Positions 34,413 to 46,216 of a stretch of 64,000 nucleotides of DNA are shown here, piece by piece. The stretch is from an uncultured Planctomycetota bacterium (GTDB lineage Bacteria > Planctomycetota > Planctomycetia > Gemmatales > Gemmataceae): assembly GCA_963849325.1 (NCBI GenBank), contig CAWKHF010000009.1, forward strand, positions 384,001 to 448,000, written 5' to 3'. The notes under the pieces are model-generated. The model did no database searches. It saw only the letters and a list, made by a program, of their open reading frames with translations, and was not told the origin of the DNA. The stretch's first letter is position 1, and each line of letters starts with the position of its first letter. Made by a program: the position numbers and the translations under genes.

Positions 34413-35151
34413 ATGCGCAACATCAAGCTCACCCTCAGCTACGACGGCACGGACTTCCACGGCTGGCAGACGCAGCCGGGATTGCGCACCGTGCAGGAGA
34501 CGCTGGAGCACGCCCTGGCCGCGTTGACGGGCGAGCGTCTTCGCGTCAACGCCAGCGGCCGTACCGACACCGGCGTTCACGCCGTCGGACAGGTCGTCAA
34601 CTTCCGCAGCGAGACGAAGCTGCCAGCCGATGTGCTCGTGCGCACGATCAATGCTCATCTGCCCGCCGACGTCGTGGTGCGCGAGGCGGCCGACGTGCCG
34701 GAGGCGTTCGACGCCAACCGCGATGCCAAGCGCAAGCTATACCGCTACGTCATCCACGATGGGTCGGTGCCGGACCTGTTTCTGCGGCGCTACTGTCATC
34801 ACACGCGGCTACCGGCTCGACGCGGCGGCCATGGCGCGAGCGGCGGCGTGTCTGCGCGGCCGGCACGACTTCCGCTGCTTCGAGACGGAATGGCCCAACC
34901 GCGCCTCCAGCGTCCGCACCATCACGCACTTGGCCGTCAACCGCATGGGCGATTGGATCTGGCTGGATGTGGAGGCGGACGGCTTCCTGTACAATATGGT
35001 GCGGGCCATCGCCGGCACGTTGATTAACGTCGGCCGCGGCTACTGGCCTGAATGGCGCGTCGCCGACATCCTGAACGCACAGGACCGCACGCAGGCGGGA
35101 CCAACGGCGCCGGCGCAGGGGCTGTTCTTGATGCGCGTTAGGTATGAATGA
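34413..35151 (+). CDS. truA: tRNA pseudouridine(38-40) synthase; frameshift near 34805
   Basis: 'YDGTDFHGWQ', 'SGRTDTGVHA', 'FLYNMVR', 'APAQGL'. Confidence 0.95.
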
Positions 35152-35164
35152 TTGAGCAACCGAC

Positions 35165-36598
35165 ATGTCGAGCGCGAACCCATCCTACCCGGAGCAATGG
35201 ATCATCGAGCCGCTGTCACGGCCGCCACGGGCGACTATCCGAGTGCCGGGTTCCAAGAGCATCACCAACCGGGCCTTGGTATTGGCGGCGCTGACGGCAA
35301 AGGGCTTTGCCTGCGCCTTGCGGGGTGCTTTGCAAAGTGAAGACACCGAAGTAATGGTCCAGGGTCTTCGCGGTCTCGGTTTTCGCGTGCTTACCGACTG
35401 GCCGGAGTTAGCGATCTTCGTCAGCTCCGAGGAGGAGGAGCCGCGCATTCCCGCGACGCAGGCAGACCTGTATGTGGCCAACTCCGGCACGACCATGCGT
35501 TTTCTGACGGCGTTGGTGAGCCTGGGTCACGGCCGATTTCGGCTCGATGGGACACCGCGGATGCGCGAGCGCCCAATCGAGGATCTGTTGAACGCCTTGC
35601 GGCAGCTCGGCGTCCGAGCGTACAGTGAAAGGGACAACGGCTGTCCTCCGGTCCTTGTGGAGGCAGATGGGCTTCGAGGCGGCGAAGTGCATGTCAAGGG
35701 CGACGTGAGCAGCCAGTTCCTCAGCGCGCTTCTCCTGGTAGCTCCCTTCGCTCAGGACGAAGTGAAGATCATCGTGGACGGCCCGCTGGTATCTGAACCC
35801 TATGTGCGAATGACTGTGAAGATGATCGACCAGTTTCACTGCGGTCCCATCTTTTCGGGTTCGTCGGACTTCCGCGTTCGGGGTTGGCCGGGTCCAAGGC
35901 GCGATCCCGAGAGGATGATTGCGTCCGCGGCCTTTCATGAAGGATTCGACCCGCGTAGGCACACGCTTCTGGAGGATTATTCCATCGAACCCGATGCCTC
36001 GGCCGCAAGCTACTTCTTTGCGGCGGCGGCGATCACCGGCGGTCGCGTCACCGTCCTCGACATCCCGGAGAAGGGCCTGCAGGGTGACGTTGCTTTCCTG
36101 GACGTGCTCGCGGACATGGGCTGTAGCATCGAACGCGGCGAATCGGGCGCCACGGTCCAGGGCGGCCCGCTGCGCGGCATCGACGTGGACATGAACGACA
36201 TCAGTGACACCGTCATGACACTCGCCGCCGTCGCCTGCTTCGCCAACGGGCCGACCACCATCCGCAACGTCGCCCACATCCGCCACAAGGAGACCGACCG
36301 CCTCGCCGCCCTGGCCGCCGAACTGCGCCGCGTCGGCGCCGGCGTCGAGGAATTCGCCGACGGCCTGACCATCACGCCGCGGCCGCTGCACGGGGCCGAA
36401 ATCGAAACGTACAACGATCACCGCATGGCCATGAGCATGGCCCTGATCGGCCTGCGCGTGCCGGGCGTCGTCATCAAAAAGCCCGGTTGCGTCGCCAAAA
36501 CGTATCCGCATTTCTTCACCGACCTCGAACGACTCCGCCGAGAAGATTCACCACAAAGACACAAAGAACACAAAGAAGAAAAAGAGGAAAAACCATGA
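35165..36598 (+). CDS. aroA: 3-phosphoshikimate 1-carboxyvinyltransferase (EPSP synthase)
   Basis: 'PGSKSITNR', 'NSGTTMRF', 'SSQFLS', 'KETDR', 'DHRMAM', 'KTYP'. Confidence 0.96.
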   Translation: MSSANPSYPEQWIIEPLSRPPRATIRVPGSKSITNRALVLAALTAKGFACALRGALQSEDTEVMVQGLRGLGFRVLTDWPELAIFVSSEEEEPRIPATQADLYVANSGTTMRFLTALVSLGHGRFRLDGTPRMRERPIEDLLNALRQLGVRAYSERDNGCPPVLVEADGLRGGEVHVKGDVSSQFLSALLLVAPFAQDEVKIIVDGPLVSEPYVRMTVKMIDQFHCGPIFSGSSDFRVRGWPGPRRDPERMIASAAFHEGFDPRRHTLLEDYSIEPDASAASYFFAAAAITGGRVTVLDIPEKGLQGDVAFLDVLADMGCSIERGESGATVQGGPLRGIDVDMNDISDTVMTLAAVACFANGPTTIRNVAHIRHKETDRLAALAAELRRVGAGVEEFADGLTITPRPLHGAEIETYNDHRMAMSMALIGLRVPGVVIKKPGCVAKTYPHFFTDLERLRREDSPQRHKEHKEEKEEKP

Positions 36599-36684
36599 TG
36601 CCAAAGCAACTCGGTGCCTCTGATGCGCCGTCCGGTCTTGTCGTTCTGTTTTCTTTGTGCTCTTTGTGTCTTTGTGGTGAATCT
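36544..36684. repeat. Inverted repeat (family G) spanning the aroA/next-gene junction
   Basis: AGATTCACCACAAAGACACAAAGAACACAAAG .. CTTTGTGCTCTTTGTGTCTTTGTGGTGAATCT. Confidence 0.85.
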
Positions 36685-38527
36685 CCGACGTACGCGCAGA
36701 GCGAGCTGAACAAACCCTACGAATTGCACATCGTCGTTCACGTCGCCCAGAACCGTCTGCTGACCGACGTGTTCCGCGAGCGCATCGAGCGCGAACTGCA
36801 CGACGGCTTCCAGGCCGCCCTCGGCGACGTGGGGCACGTCCGCGTCATGCACGAGCACCCGCGCTTGCCGGACGTGATGGCGCGGGGGTTGAAGCAGTCG
36901 CTCGACGGCTGGAAGGACCGTTCCAACGTCAAGACACACTTCGTGCTCATCGATTTCTCCGGCGTGCATTACGAGATCCAGGCGCGGCAGTACGATGGCC
37001 CGACAGGGCGCGCCAGTCCGGTGGTGCGGCGCGACCGCACGCGCGACCGCGATTTCGTGGCCAAGTCGGCGGCCCTGCTCCTCAAGCAGGACTTCGGCCT
37101 GCTCGGCACGGTGCTGTCCGGGCCGGACGGGCCGCAACAGTCGGTGAAAGTCGAACTGCGCGGCGGCGGCCTGGGCAACCTGTCGCGCTGGGTGCAGAAG
37201 GACGAGGTCTTCGCCCTGGCGCCCCCGGAGGGCGGATTGCCGAAAGTGCTGAATTGGGCGCTGTTGCAGGTGCAGGAGTCGCCCGGCGAAGCGTCCCGCA
37301 ACGGCGTGTGTACGTGCCGCTTCTTCCACCGCTACAAAGTGACGAGCATCGTCGGTTATCGCTGCATCAAGCTCGGCACCGTGCGGGCGCCGCTGCGGCT
37401 ACGCTGGATGCAGGAGATGCCGGGCGGCGGCCTGAAGCCGCTGGATGCCTCGCTGAGTCTGATCGTGGACATCCGACGCCACGGCTTTCAGGGCGAGGAG
37501 GCCACCAAGATGATGAAGCCGGTCGGACGCAACGGTGTCCTCGATACCACCCCGGATGACGGCAAGGGGGTATTCCACCACGTCGCGTTTGTCAGCGTCA
37601 TCAATGGCATGAAGGACCCGAAGCCGCAGATCCCGGTGGCTCTCTATGACGATCAGCCCCTCGTTATCGAGGTCAACGCGACCCGAGATCCCCATGTCCT
37701 CTTCACCGTCCGCCAGGCCGCCTGGAAGAGCGACGTGCTGGATAGTCTGCTCGTGCAGGTCAATCTCTTCAAGGAACTCGAGGGTCTGTCCGCCCAGACG
37801 GAACAGCGCGGCGAGATCATCAAGGAAGCGGAAAGCGGCCTGAAGCGCTGCCAGACCGACCGCGCCGGCCTGATGGACGAAAAGACGGCGCTGCAGCAGG
37901 AGTCCGGAGATATCGGCGCAGCCGCTGGACACGACGCGCGAGGACCAGCGCCTCAAGGACATGGAGAAGGGCGAGAGTTTGTTGCAGGAGTTCATCGTCC
38001 AGCAGAAAAAGATCGAGGCGTCGGAGAACGATCCGAAAGTAAAGAAGTGGCGCTCCGAGGTCGAGCGGGCGAAGTTGCTGGAGAATGACCTAGAGATCGG
38101 CAAGGCCATCGCCATCTACGACAACATCAAAAGCGAGGGCTTCCAGGATGCGGAACTGGACCGCCATTTGAAGGAATTGCAGAAACTGTGGAAGACCGCG
38201 AACGCCGAGCACCAGGATGCACGGAACTTCATCTATCGCGTCTGGCCGACGCTCGATACGGCGCGGATGAAGGACAACTTACCCAAGGCCCAAAAGGCGT
38301 TCCAAACGTGTGAGGCGGCTGGCGACGTCCTTTCCATCCGCAAGCTGCTCAAGGGCATCGAGATCCACGCCGACCGCCTGACGCAGGAACTGAGCGAACT
38401 GCATCCCGAGACGAACCCCGATGAAGAGAAACCGGCCCGGCTCATCAAGGAGGTGAGCACCGATCTGGTCAACTTGGGCAAGGAGATCCAGGAGTATCTG
38501 TTAAAGACCCAGTCGCCCGATAAATGA
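36595..38527 (+). CDS. Exported hypothetical protein with helical C-terminal region; frameshift near 37915
   Basis: ATGA overlap with the aroA stop; long ORFs 36487-38088 and 37961-38527 with coding-like codon bias. Confidence 0.7.
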
Positions 38528-38538
38528 GAGCGCCGCGT

Positions 38539-38730
38539 CTATCCGAGACGTGGCGGCGGCGTGGCCTTGGAGCTGCGCAGCGGCGGGGCGCCTCCGCCGA
38601 CGCGGATGGGCGTCTTGCACAGCAGGCACGGCACGACCTTGTTGCGATCGTGCTCCTCGACGAGCATGAACTTGCGGCACCTTGGATTGGGACACTGAAC
38701 GGCGAAGACGCCGGGCACGTTGGAAGGCAT
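38539..38730 (-). CDS. Small Zn-ribbon protein
   Basis: 'CPNPRC..CLLC'; GAGGG upstream of the ATG. Confidence 0.65.
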   Translation of the reverse strand: MPSNVPGVFAVQCPNPRCRKFMLVEEHDRNKVVPCLLCKTPIRVGGGAPPLRSSKATPPPRLG

Positions 38731-38831
38731 GGCGATCCCTCGTGAATCGAACGGACACGATTCCCGACATTATAGCGGAGCCCGCCAATCGGGGTTAGGT
38801 TCTCGCCAATCAGAAGGTAAGATAAGACGCC

Positions 38832-38890
38832 GTTCCGCAAGCCGCTTGCGGCTTAGCGGCCAGCGCTAAGCCGCAAGCGGCTTGCGGAAC
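38832..38890. repeat. Palindromic element, family E
   Basis: GTTCCGCAAGCCGCTTGCGGCTTAGCG-GCCAG-CGCTAAGCCGCAAGCGGCTTGCGGAAC (perfect arms). Confidence 0.85.
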
Positions 38891-38924
38891 AGACTCGGAT
38901 CGTTCTCAATCCCAAGGAGACGCG

Positions 38925-40481
38925 ATGAAACGATATCTCGTGTGGTGCGGAGTGGTCCTGCTCGCCATTTCTCCGGTGCGTGCCCGGGAAGCGCGCCGGC
39001 CGCGAAGGTCGTCCTCGACCTGTGGGACGCCGCCTACCTCGACGGCGCCAAGATGGGCTATCAGCACGTCACCGTCGAAGAGACTCGAGCGCGACGGCCA
39101 AAAAATCTTCCACACCACCAAGCTCATGCACCTGACCCTGAAGCGCTACGACGGCGTCATCACGCAGCGCATGGCCATGACCACCGACGAGACGGCCGAC
39201 GGCAAGGTCGTCGGCGTGTCCATGACGCACTACCTCGATAAGGGGCGGAAGGTCGTGCAGAGCGGCCGCGTCGAGGGCGATAAGCTGATCGTGACGACGC
39301 CGAGCGATCCCGACGGTCGGGCCGTGCCGTGGAAGGACGGCGTCATCGGTTTCTACGGCCAGGAGTTGATCTTCCAGATCGCACAAGGCCAAGTCCGGCG
39401 ACCGTTTTCGCTTCCTCGACTACCAACTGCCGCTTCTGAGTGCGGTGCCCACGCAGGTTGTAATCAAGGAGCCGGAGGAGACGGACTCGCTCGTGACTCG
39501 CAAAGAGGGCGACGAGGTGCGAGGCGGAGCGCGTGCGGAAACGTCTGCTGCGCGCCGAAATCCAGCCGCAAAAGGTCACCGTCGGCGAGAACACCATCGC
39601 CCTGCCGCGACTGATCGTGTGGCTGGACGACAAGCTGCGCGTGGTGCGCTCGGAGTCGAACATTCCGGGCCTGGGCCGCATGACCCTGTATCGCACCTCG
39701 CGCACGCGTGGCCGAGAAGGAAGGGGCTGCGCCGGCGCTGATGGCCGACCTCGGCCTGAAGTCGCTCATTCCGCTCAACGTCGCCATCGAGAAACCGCAC
39801 CAGGCCCGCGAAATCGTCTATCGCATCACCGTCCAGGACGACGACGATCCGACGACGACATTCAGCCGCGATGCCCGGCAGACGGTCGAGAACGTCAACG
39901 GCAACACGTTCGACCTGCGGATTCGGCCGATCCGCGCGCCGGCCGAGGAAGAGAAAGCCGGCAAGGTCAAGGAGGACTTTCTGAAAGCCAGTTACTTCCT
40001 GGATAGCGGCGACGAGAAGGTCCGCGCGGAGGCGGCCCGCATCGTCGGCGACGAGACGGACCCGTGGCGAAAGGCGCAACGCATCGAGAAGTGGGTGCAT
40101 GAACACATGAAGCAAAATGCCGAGGTCAATTTCGCGCCGGCCAGCCAGGTATTGCGCGACCTGCAAGGCGACTGCCGCCAGCACGCCATGCTGGCGGCGG
40201 CCCTGTGCCGCGCCGCCGGCGTACCGGCGCGCACGGCGGTCGGGTTGGTGTACGTCGATGACCCCGATCGCGGCCCGGTGCTCGGCTTCCACATGTGGAC
40301 CGAGGTTTGGGTGCGGGGACAGTGGCTCATGCTCGACGCCGTGCTCGGTCAGGGCAGCGTGGGAGCGGGTCATCTCAAGATCGCCGACCACAGCTGGCAG
40401 GACATTCAGACGCTGGCCCCGTTGCTGCCGGTCACGCGCGTCACCGGCAAGGTCCGTGTCGAGGTCGTGCGTGTGAAGTAA
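38925..40481 (+). CDS. Secreted transglutaminase-like protein; multiple frameshifts
   Basis: Signal peptide; catalytic triad motifs 'GDCRQHA', 'FHMWTEV', 'LDA'. Confidence 0.82.
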
Positions 40482-40485
40482 GAAT

Positions 40486-40544
40486 CCGAGCCGCGAGCGT
40501 CAGCGAGCGTGTTTTCCAACCGCTCCCTGACGGTCGCGGCTCGG
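40486..40544. repeat. Palindromic REP-like element, family D-related
   Basis: CCGAGCCGCGA.CGTCAG.GAGCG..CGCTCCCTGACGGTCGCGGCTCGG; copy at 48899. Confidence 0.85.
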
Positions 40545-40557
40545 TGCGCACGATGCA

Positions 40558-41650
40558 CTACGCCGCCATCGGCCTGGACGGAGGAATGAACAGGGCGCCC
40601 TGAGTTGCAGGCAGGTGCCAGGGACCGGCCGGGCCGGCCGTCCCATCCCAGGCGTGCGCGTGCAGACTATCGAGGATGCGGCCGGCCAGCGCGAGCGCGT
40701 CGCGTCCGGCTGTCGCCATCGACACGCGGCCGCTGGCCCGTTCGGACACTGTCGAACGAACTCTTGCAACTCCTTCGTCAATTGATCGCCGGCGTTGCAA
40801 TCCAGTTCCTGGACCTGCAAGTGCCGGCCGAATAGCTCCGACTTCAATGTGGCCAGCGTGGCGGGGTCGAGACGGCGCGAATCGAGCTGCCGTTGCCGCA
40901 GATGCTCGGCCGGCTGCATGAGCGTCAGGTGGCGGCGCGCGAAATCGACGCCGGCGAAGCCCTCCGGCCCGAACACCTGCATGCAGCGAACCGGCGTCGG
41001 ATGGACGCGGCTGGCCTTCAAGTCGGCGACGCAGCCGTTGGCGAACGTCACCCGTGCCTGGGCCAGGTCCTCGTTGCCGCCGAGCACGGACACGCCCAGC
41101 GCCTCGACGGTGCGCACGGGAGCTTGCACCAGGGCCAGCACCAGGTCGAGGTCGTGGATCATCAAATCGAGGACGACGCCGATGTCGGTCGAGCGTCCCG
41201 AAAAGCCGCTGTAGCGTTCGCAGGTGATGAACTTCGGCTGCAAGGGGTGAAGCAGCAACTCCTCGAAGGCGGGGTTGAAGCGCTCGATGTGGCCGACCTG
41301 CAAGAGCGCACCCTGTCGCTGGGCCAACTCGATCATCTGCTCGGCTTGCCGCGACCGTCTGCCGCCATCGGCTTCTCGACCAGCACCGGCAGGCCGCGCG
41401 TCAGGAAATCGCCGGCGACGGCGTGATGGTGGGTGGTCGGCACGACGATGACGGCGGCGTCCACCAGCGGCAGCAGATCGTGATGATCGGCGAACGCGCG
41501 CGTGCCGCAGCGCCGGGCGACGGCCTCGGCCTGGGCGGCGTTGGGGTCGGCGACGCCGACCAGTTCGACGTCCGGCAGCGCCGCCAGGATGCGGGCGTGT
41601 TCCTTGCCCAGATGTCCGACGCCGACCACTCCCACGCGCAGACGCGACAT
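40558..41650 (-). CDS. Gfo/Idh/MocA oxidoreductase (GnnA-like, in the lipid A cluster); frameshifts
   Basis: 'VVGVGHLGKEH', 'EKP', 'VGHIERFNP', 'DLMIHDLD'. Confidence 0.85.
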
Positions 41651-41677
41651 ACAGGTTCCTTCTTTCCTCTCCGTCCA

Positions 41678-42603
41678 TTAGGCGGCTCGTCGCTCGTGCA
41701 GGACGGCCTCGGCCCGCCATTGCTGACGTAGGCGGCGGACCAGCTCGACGTTGAGCGGATGCCCGGAACGATAGGCGACGACGTGGCCGCACAGGTCGGC
41801 GCCCAGCAGGGACAGGTCGCCGACCAGATCGAGTACCTTGTGCCGGGCCGGCTCGTTGGCATAGCGCAGCGTGTTGTCCACCGGACCGCGCGGACCGAAG
41901 ACGAGCAGGTCGGCCGCGGTGGTGCGCGTTCCCAGTCCCTGGCGGCGCAGCTCGGCGGCCTCCGTTTCCAGGATGAACGTGCGGCACGAGGCCAACTCCT
42001 GAGCGAACAGCCCCGGCGTGAATGCCTGCGTGTGGACTTGCCGGCCGATGGGCGAATCAGGCCGTAATCGAGGAAGTAGCTCAGACACAGACCATGATCC
42101 GGTCGGCCACGCTCGGTTCGGCGGACAGCGGGCCGGACGCGGACGGATGGAGGGCCAGCGTGGCGCCGCGGGCCGACAGAACGAGGGATTGCTCGACGCA
42201 CAGGATCGGGACGGCGCGCTCCCTGCCGGCAGATGCCGGCGTCGAGCAGGGCCGTCACGAAATCGCGGGCCGAGCCGTCCAGGCCGGGCGGCTCCGGAGC
42301 GTTCAGCTCGACCTGGCAGTTATCGATGCGCAGACCGGCCAGGGCCGCCAGGACGTGCTCGACCAGACCGACCTGGCCAGGCGGATGGCCCAGCGTCGTC
42401 CGCCGCTGCGTGCCGGTGACGTTATCGATGTGGGCCGACAGGTGCAGGCGCGGCCGAAGGTCGGTGCGGACGAAGACGATGCCGCTGGACGGCGGCGCCG
42501 GCAGGAAGCGCAGACGGACCGTCGCCCCGGTCAGATACCCGACGCCCCGCACCTCGGCCGGCCGCGCGAGGGTGCGTTGATAGCGATAAGTGAGCCTTCT
42601 CAC
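41678..42603 (-). CDS. lpxC: UDP-3-O-acyl-GlcNAc deacetylase; frameshifts near 42060-42220
   Basis: 'QRTL', 'VEHVLAAL', 'DGSA', 'EPARHKVLDLVGD', 'SGH..N'. Confidence 0.92.
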
Positions 42604-42630
42604 GTTCGCGTCATCCTTCCCAGTTCGGTG

Positions 42631-42676
42631 AGCCGCTGGCGGCTTCACGCCGATCTGCGCTAAGCCGCCAGCGGCT
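42631..42676. repeat. Palindromic element, family F
   Basis: AGCCGCTGGCGGCTT..AAGCCGCCAGCGGCT. Confidence 0.75.
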
Positions 42677-42692
42677 TTTTCGACGTGCGCCC

Positions 42693-43382
42693 TTACTGCT
42701 GGGTGGGCGTCGCGGCGGCACCGGCCGGCGTGCCCGGCGGTGTGCCGGGACGCAGGTTGTAGTTGAGCATGTTCACGACTTCCGTGCTGATGTCCATGCC
42801 CGGAGCGGCGTACAGCGGCATCAGCGCCCCGGTTTGCACCTTGCGGGCGATGTTATTCGGACTGAAATAGTCCTCCTTGGTCACAGCGTCGTTGTAGTGC
42901 AGCACCAGGTCGAACTCGTGCGAGATGGCGTAGCGCTGGGCGGCCTCCTGCACGTCCATGTACAGGATCTTCATCTGGTCCTCGCTCTTCTTGCCGAGCA
43001 CCAGCTTGGCCTCGGCGTTGTTGTCCTCGACCTTGCGCTGGATGTCCTTGAGCTTGCGCTCGTATCTCGGCGCGCTTGTCGGCCGGGGTCGTGGGCGAGG
43101 CCTGCTTGGCCAACTCCTCCCCCTGCTTGCGATACTGCGCGTCGGTCTCCTGGAAAGGCTTGACGATGCCCTTGATCTCCTCCTGGAAGGTGAGGTACTT
43201 CTGTAATTCTTGATGACGTAAGTGAGGTTGAGCAGGGCGATGCGGGTGCGCGGTTCGTGGCCGCCGGGGCGGCGTGGGTCGGAGCCGAGGGCGGCGTTTG
43301 GACCTGGCCCCACGATCGGCCGACGTAGCCCAGCACGCCCAGGGCGAGGACGATCGCCTGCCGTCATTACCGTCTTCTTCAC
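42693..43382 (-). CDS. OmpH/Skp-family periplasmic chaperone; frameshifts
   Basis: 'RIALLNLTYVIKNY', coiled coil, 'FDLVL', 'MDISTEVV'; upstream of lpxC. Confidence 0.78.
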   Translation of the reverse strand: MKKTVMTAGDRPRPGRAGLRRPIVGPGPNAALGSDPRRPGGHEPRTRIALLNLTYVIKNYRSTSPSRRRSRASSSLSRRPTRSIASRGRSWPSRPRPRPRPTSAPRYERKLKDIQRKVEDNNAEAKLVLGKKSEDQMKILYMDVQEAAQRYAISHEFDLVLHYNDAVTKEDYFSPNNIARKVQTGALMPLYAAPGMDISTEVVNMLNYNLRPGTPPGTPAGAAATPTQQ

Positions 43383-43550
43383 TGTTCGGTTCTCCTGTTC
43401 CGAGATGGCCGACAGTCCGCGGTCTCGACACCGCCTTCCGGAGGATCACTGTCGGTCGAAGCACTTCCGGTTCCGCCGGTTGCCTCTCCGTGTGAGCGCT
43501 GGGTTCTACTCCAGGCGCCGGCGCGGGTCAAGGGGAACCAAAACGCCTCG

Positions 43551-43600
43551 GAGCCTGAAGCGTTAGCGAAGGAACATCCCTTCGCTAACGCTTCAGGCTC
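43551..43600. repeat. Palindromic REP-like element, family D
   Basis: GAGCCTGAAGCGTTAGCGAAGG..CCTTCGCTAACGCTTCAGGCTC. Confidence 0.88.
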
Positions 43601-43716
43601 GGAGTAGTGCAGCATTGCACTCCGCTGCCCCGTCCTGCTATACTCGCCCGCCGCGCCGCTCCGAGGGAGCGGAGGACGCCCCGCGACGAGTTGCCCCGAA
43701 GGATTGGGGAGTGAGA

Positions 43717-44137
43717 GTGAACGCGCCACGCAAGCCGCTCCGCTGCGGTATTGTCCTGCTGGGCCTGGCTGTCGCTCGGCTGTGGTCGGGGCGACAAGCT
43801 GACGCCGGTCCACGGTCACGTTTTCTACCGCGGCCAACCGCTGGCCGGTGGCACCATCGTCTTCACGCCCGACGCGGAGCGCGGCGGACGCGGCCCGTTA
43901 GCCTGCGGCGAAATCGGAGCCGACGGCGGCTTCACGCTCCACACCGGCGAGACCATCGGGACCGTCGCCGGATGGCATCGCGTCACGGTGGCTCCCCCTT
44001 CTCCCGCCGCCTCGCCCGGCCCCGCGACGACGCCGGTGCTCGAGCTGCCCCGCAAATACAGCGATCCCGAACAGTCCGGCCTGCTCCGCGAGGTCAAGGC
44101 GGGAACGGCCGTCGAGCAGGATTTTCACCTGGAGTAG
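43717..44137 (+). CDS. Planctomycete lipoprotein (carboxypeptidase-regulatory-like fold); frameshift in the signal peptide
   Basis: 'LGCG..PVHGHVFYRGQPL.GG.IVF.P', 'LPRKYSDP..SGL'. Confidence 0.75.
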
Positions 44138-44152
44138 AGGAGGAGCGCGACC

Positions 44153-44837
44153 ATGAACACCATCATGCGCGGCCTGGTGCGATCCGTGGCCGAGACGTTC
44201 ACGCTGCCCGGCCCGATCCTGGAGATCGGCTCGTACCAGGTGGCGGGGCAGGAGTCCGTCGCCGACCTGCGCGGATCTGTTTCCCGGCCGTCGCTACCTG
44301 GGCATGGACGTTCGGCCCGGACGCGGCGTCGATGTGCTGGCCAGCGTCGAGCAACTGCCGTATGCCGACGGTTCGATCGGCACCATCCTGGCCGTCAGCA
44401 CGTTGGAGCACGTGCCGCGTTTCTGGCGTGCCTTCGAGGAGATGCACCGCGTCCTTCGGCCCGACGGCGCCCTGCTGTTGGCCTGCCCGTTTTACTTCCA
44501 CCTGCATGCGCATCCGTGCGATTACTGGCGCTTCACGCCGGAGGCGCTGGAACTGCTGTTGGCGTCGTATCCCAGCAAGATCATCGGCTGGCACGGCCCC
44601 CAGGCGCGTCCGGCCAACGTCTGGGCGCTGGCCTTCCGCGAAGGGAGGCCGGCAATCGCCGCCGACGACTTTCGCCTCTACCAGACGCGCCTGCATCACC
44701 ATGCCCGCATGCCGCTGTCCTGGGGTCGTTACCTGCGCCTCCAGCTCGGCCGGCTGCTGTTCGGCGCTGGACACTTCGCCCCTTACCTCCAGCGCGAACG
44801 CCTGGACAACCGCTGCGTCAATCGGCCGGCCGCCTGA
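44153..44837 (+). CDS. SAM-dependent methyltransferase (glycan-associated); frameshift near 44278
   Basis: 'ILEIGSYQV', 'GMD..PGRGVD', 'LEHV', 'DYWRFT'. Confidence 0.8.
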
Positions 44838-45916
<1,079 letters not shown>

Positions 45917-46018
45917 TCCCCTCCGGTACGGGAGAAGTTCCTTGCCACTTCGCCACCTATGGGGTACAGACGGGCGGCGACAGACGGACAGCAACGATTC
46001 CAAACGATGCACGCACCC

Positions 46019-46072
46019 CCGAGCCGGAAGCGGCAGCGAAGGGGTCTTCCTTCGCTGCCGCTTCCGGCTCGG
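46019..46072. repeat. Palindromic REP-like element, family D-related
   Basis: CCGAGCCGGAAGCGGCAGCGAAGG..CCTTCGCTGCCGCTTCCGGCTCGG. Confidence 0.85.
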
Positions 46073-46216
46073 AAAGAGGGGACTGCCGACCTCGCCGCCT
46101 TTTATGACCTAGACTCCAACGGGGGAAAATGGGCGCCGCGGAAGTCGGGACCGCTGGCGAAGGAGACGCGAAATCCATCGTCGCATTGACATCTTCGTGT
46201 GGAAGAGAGGCTTGTT

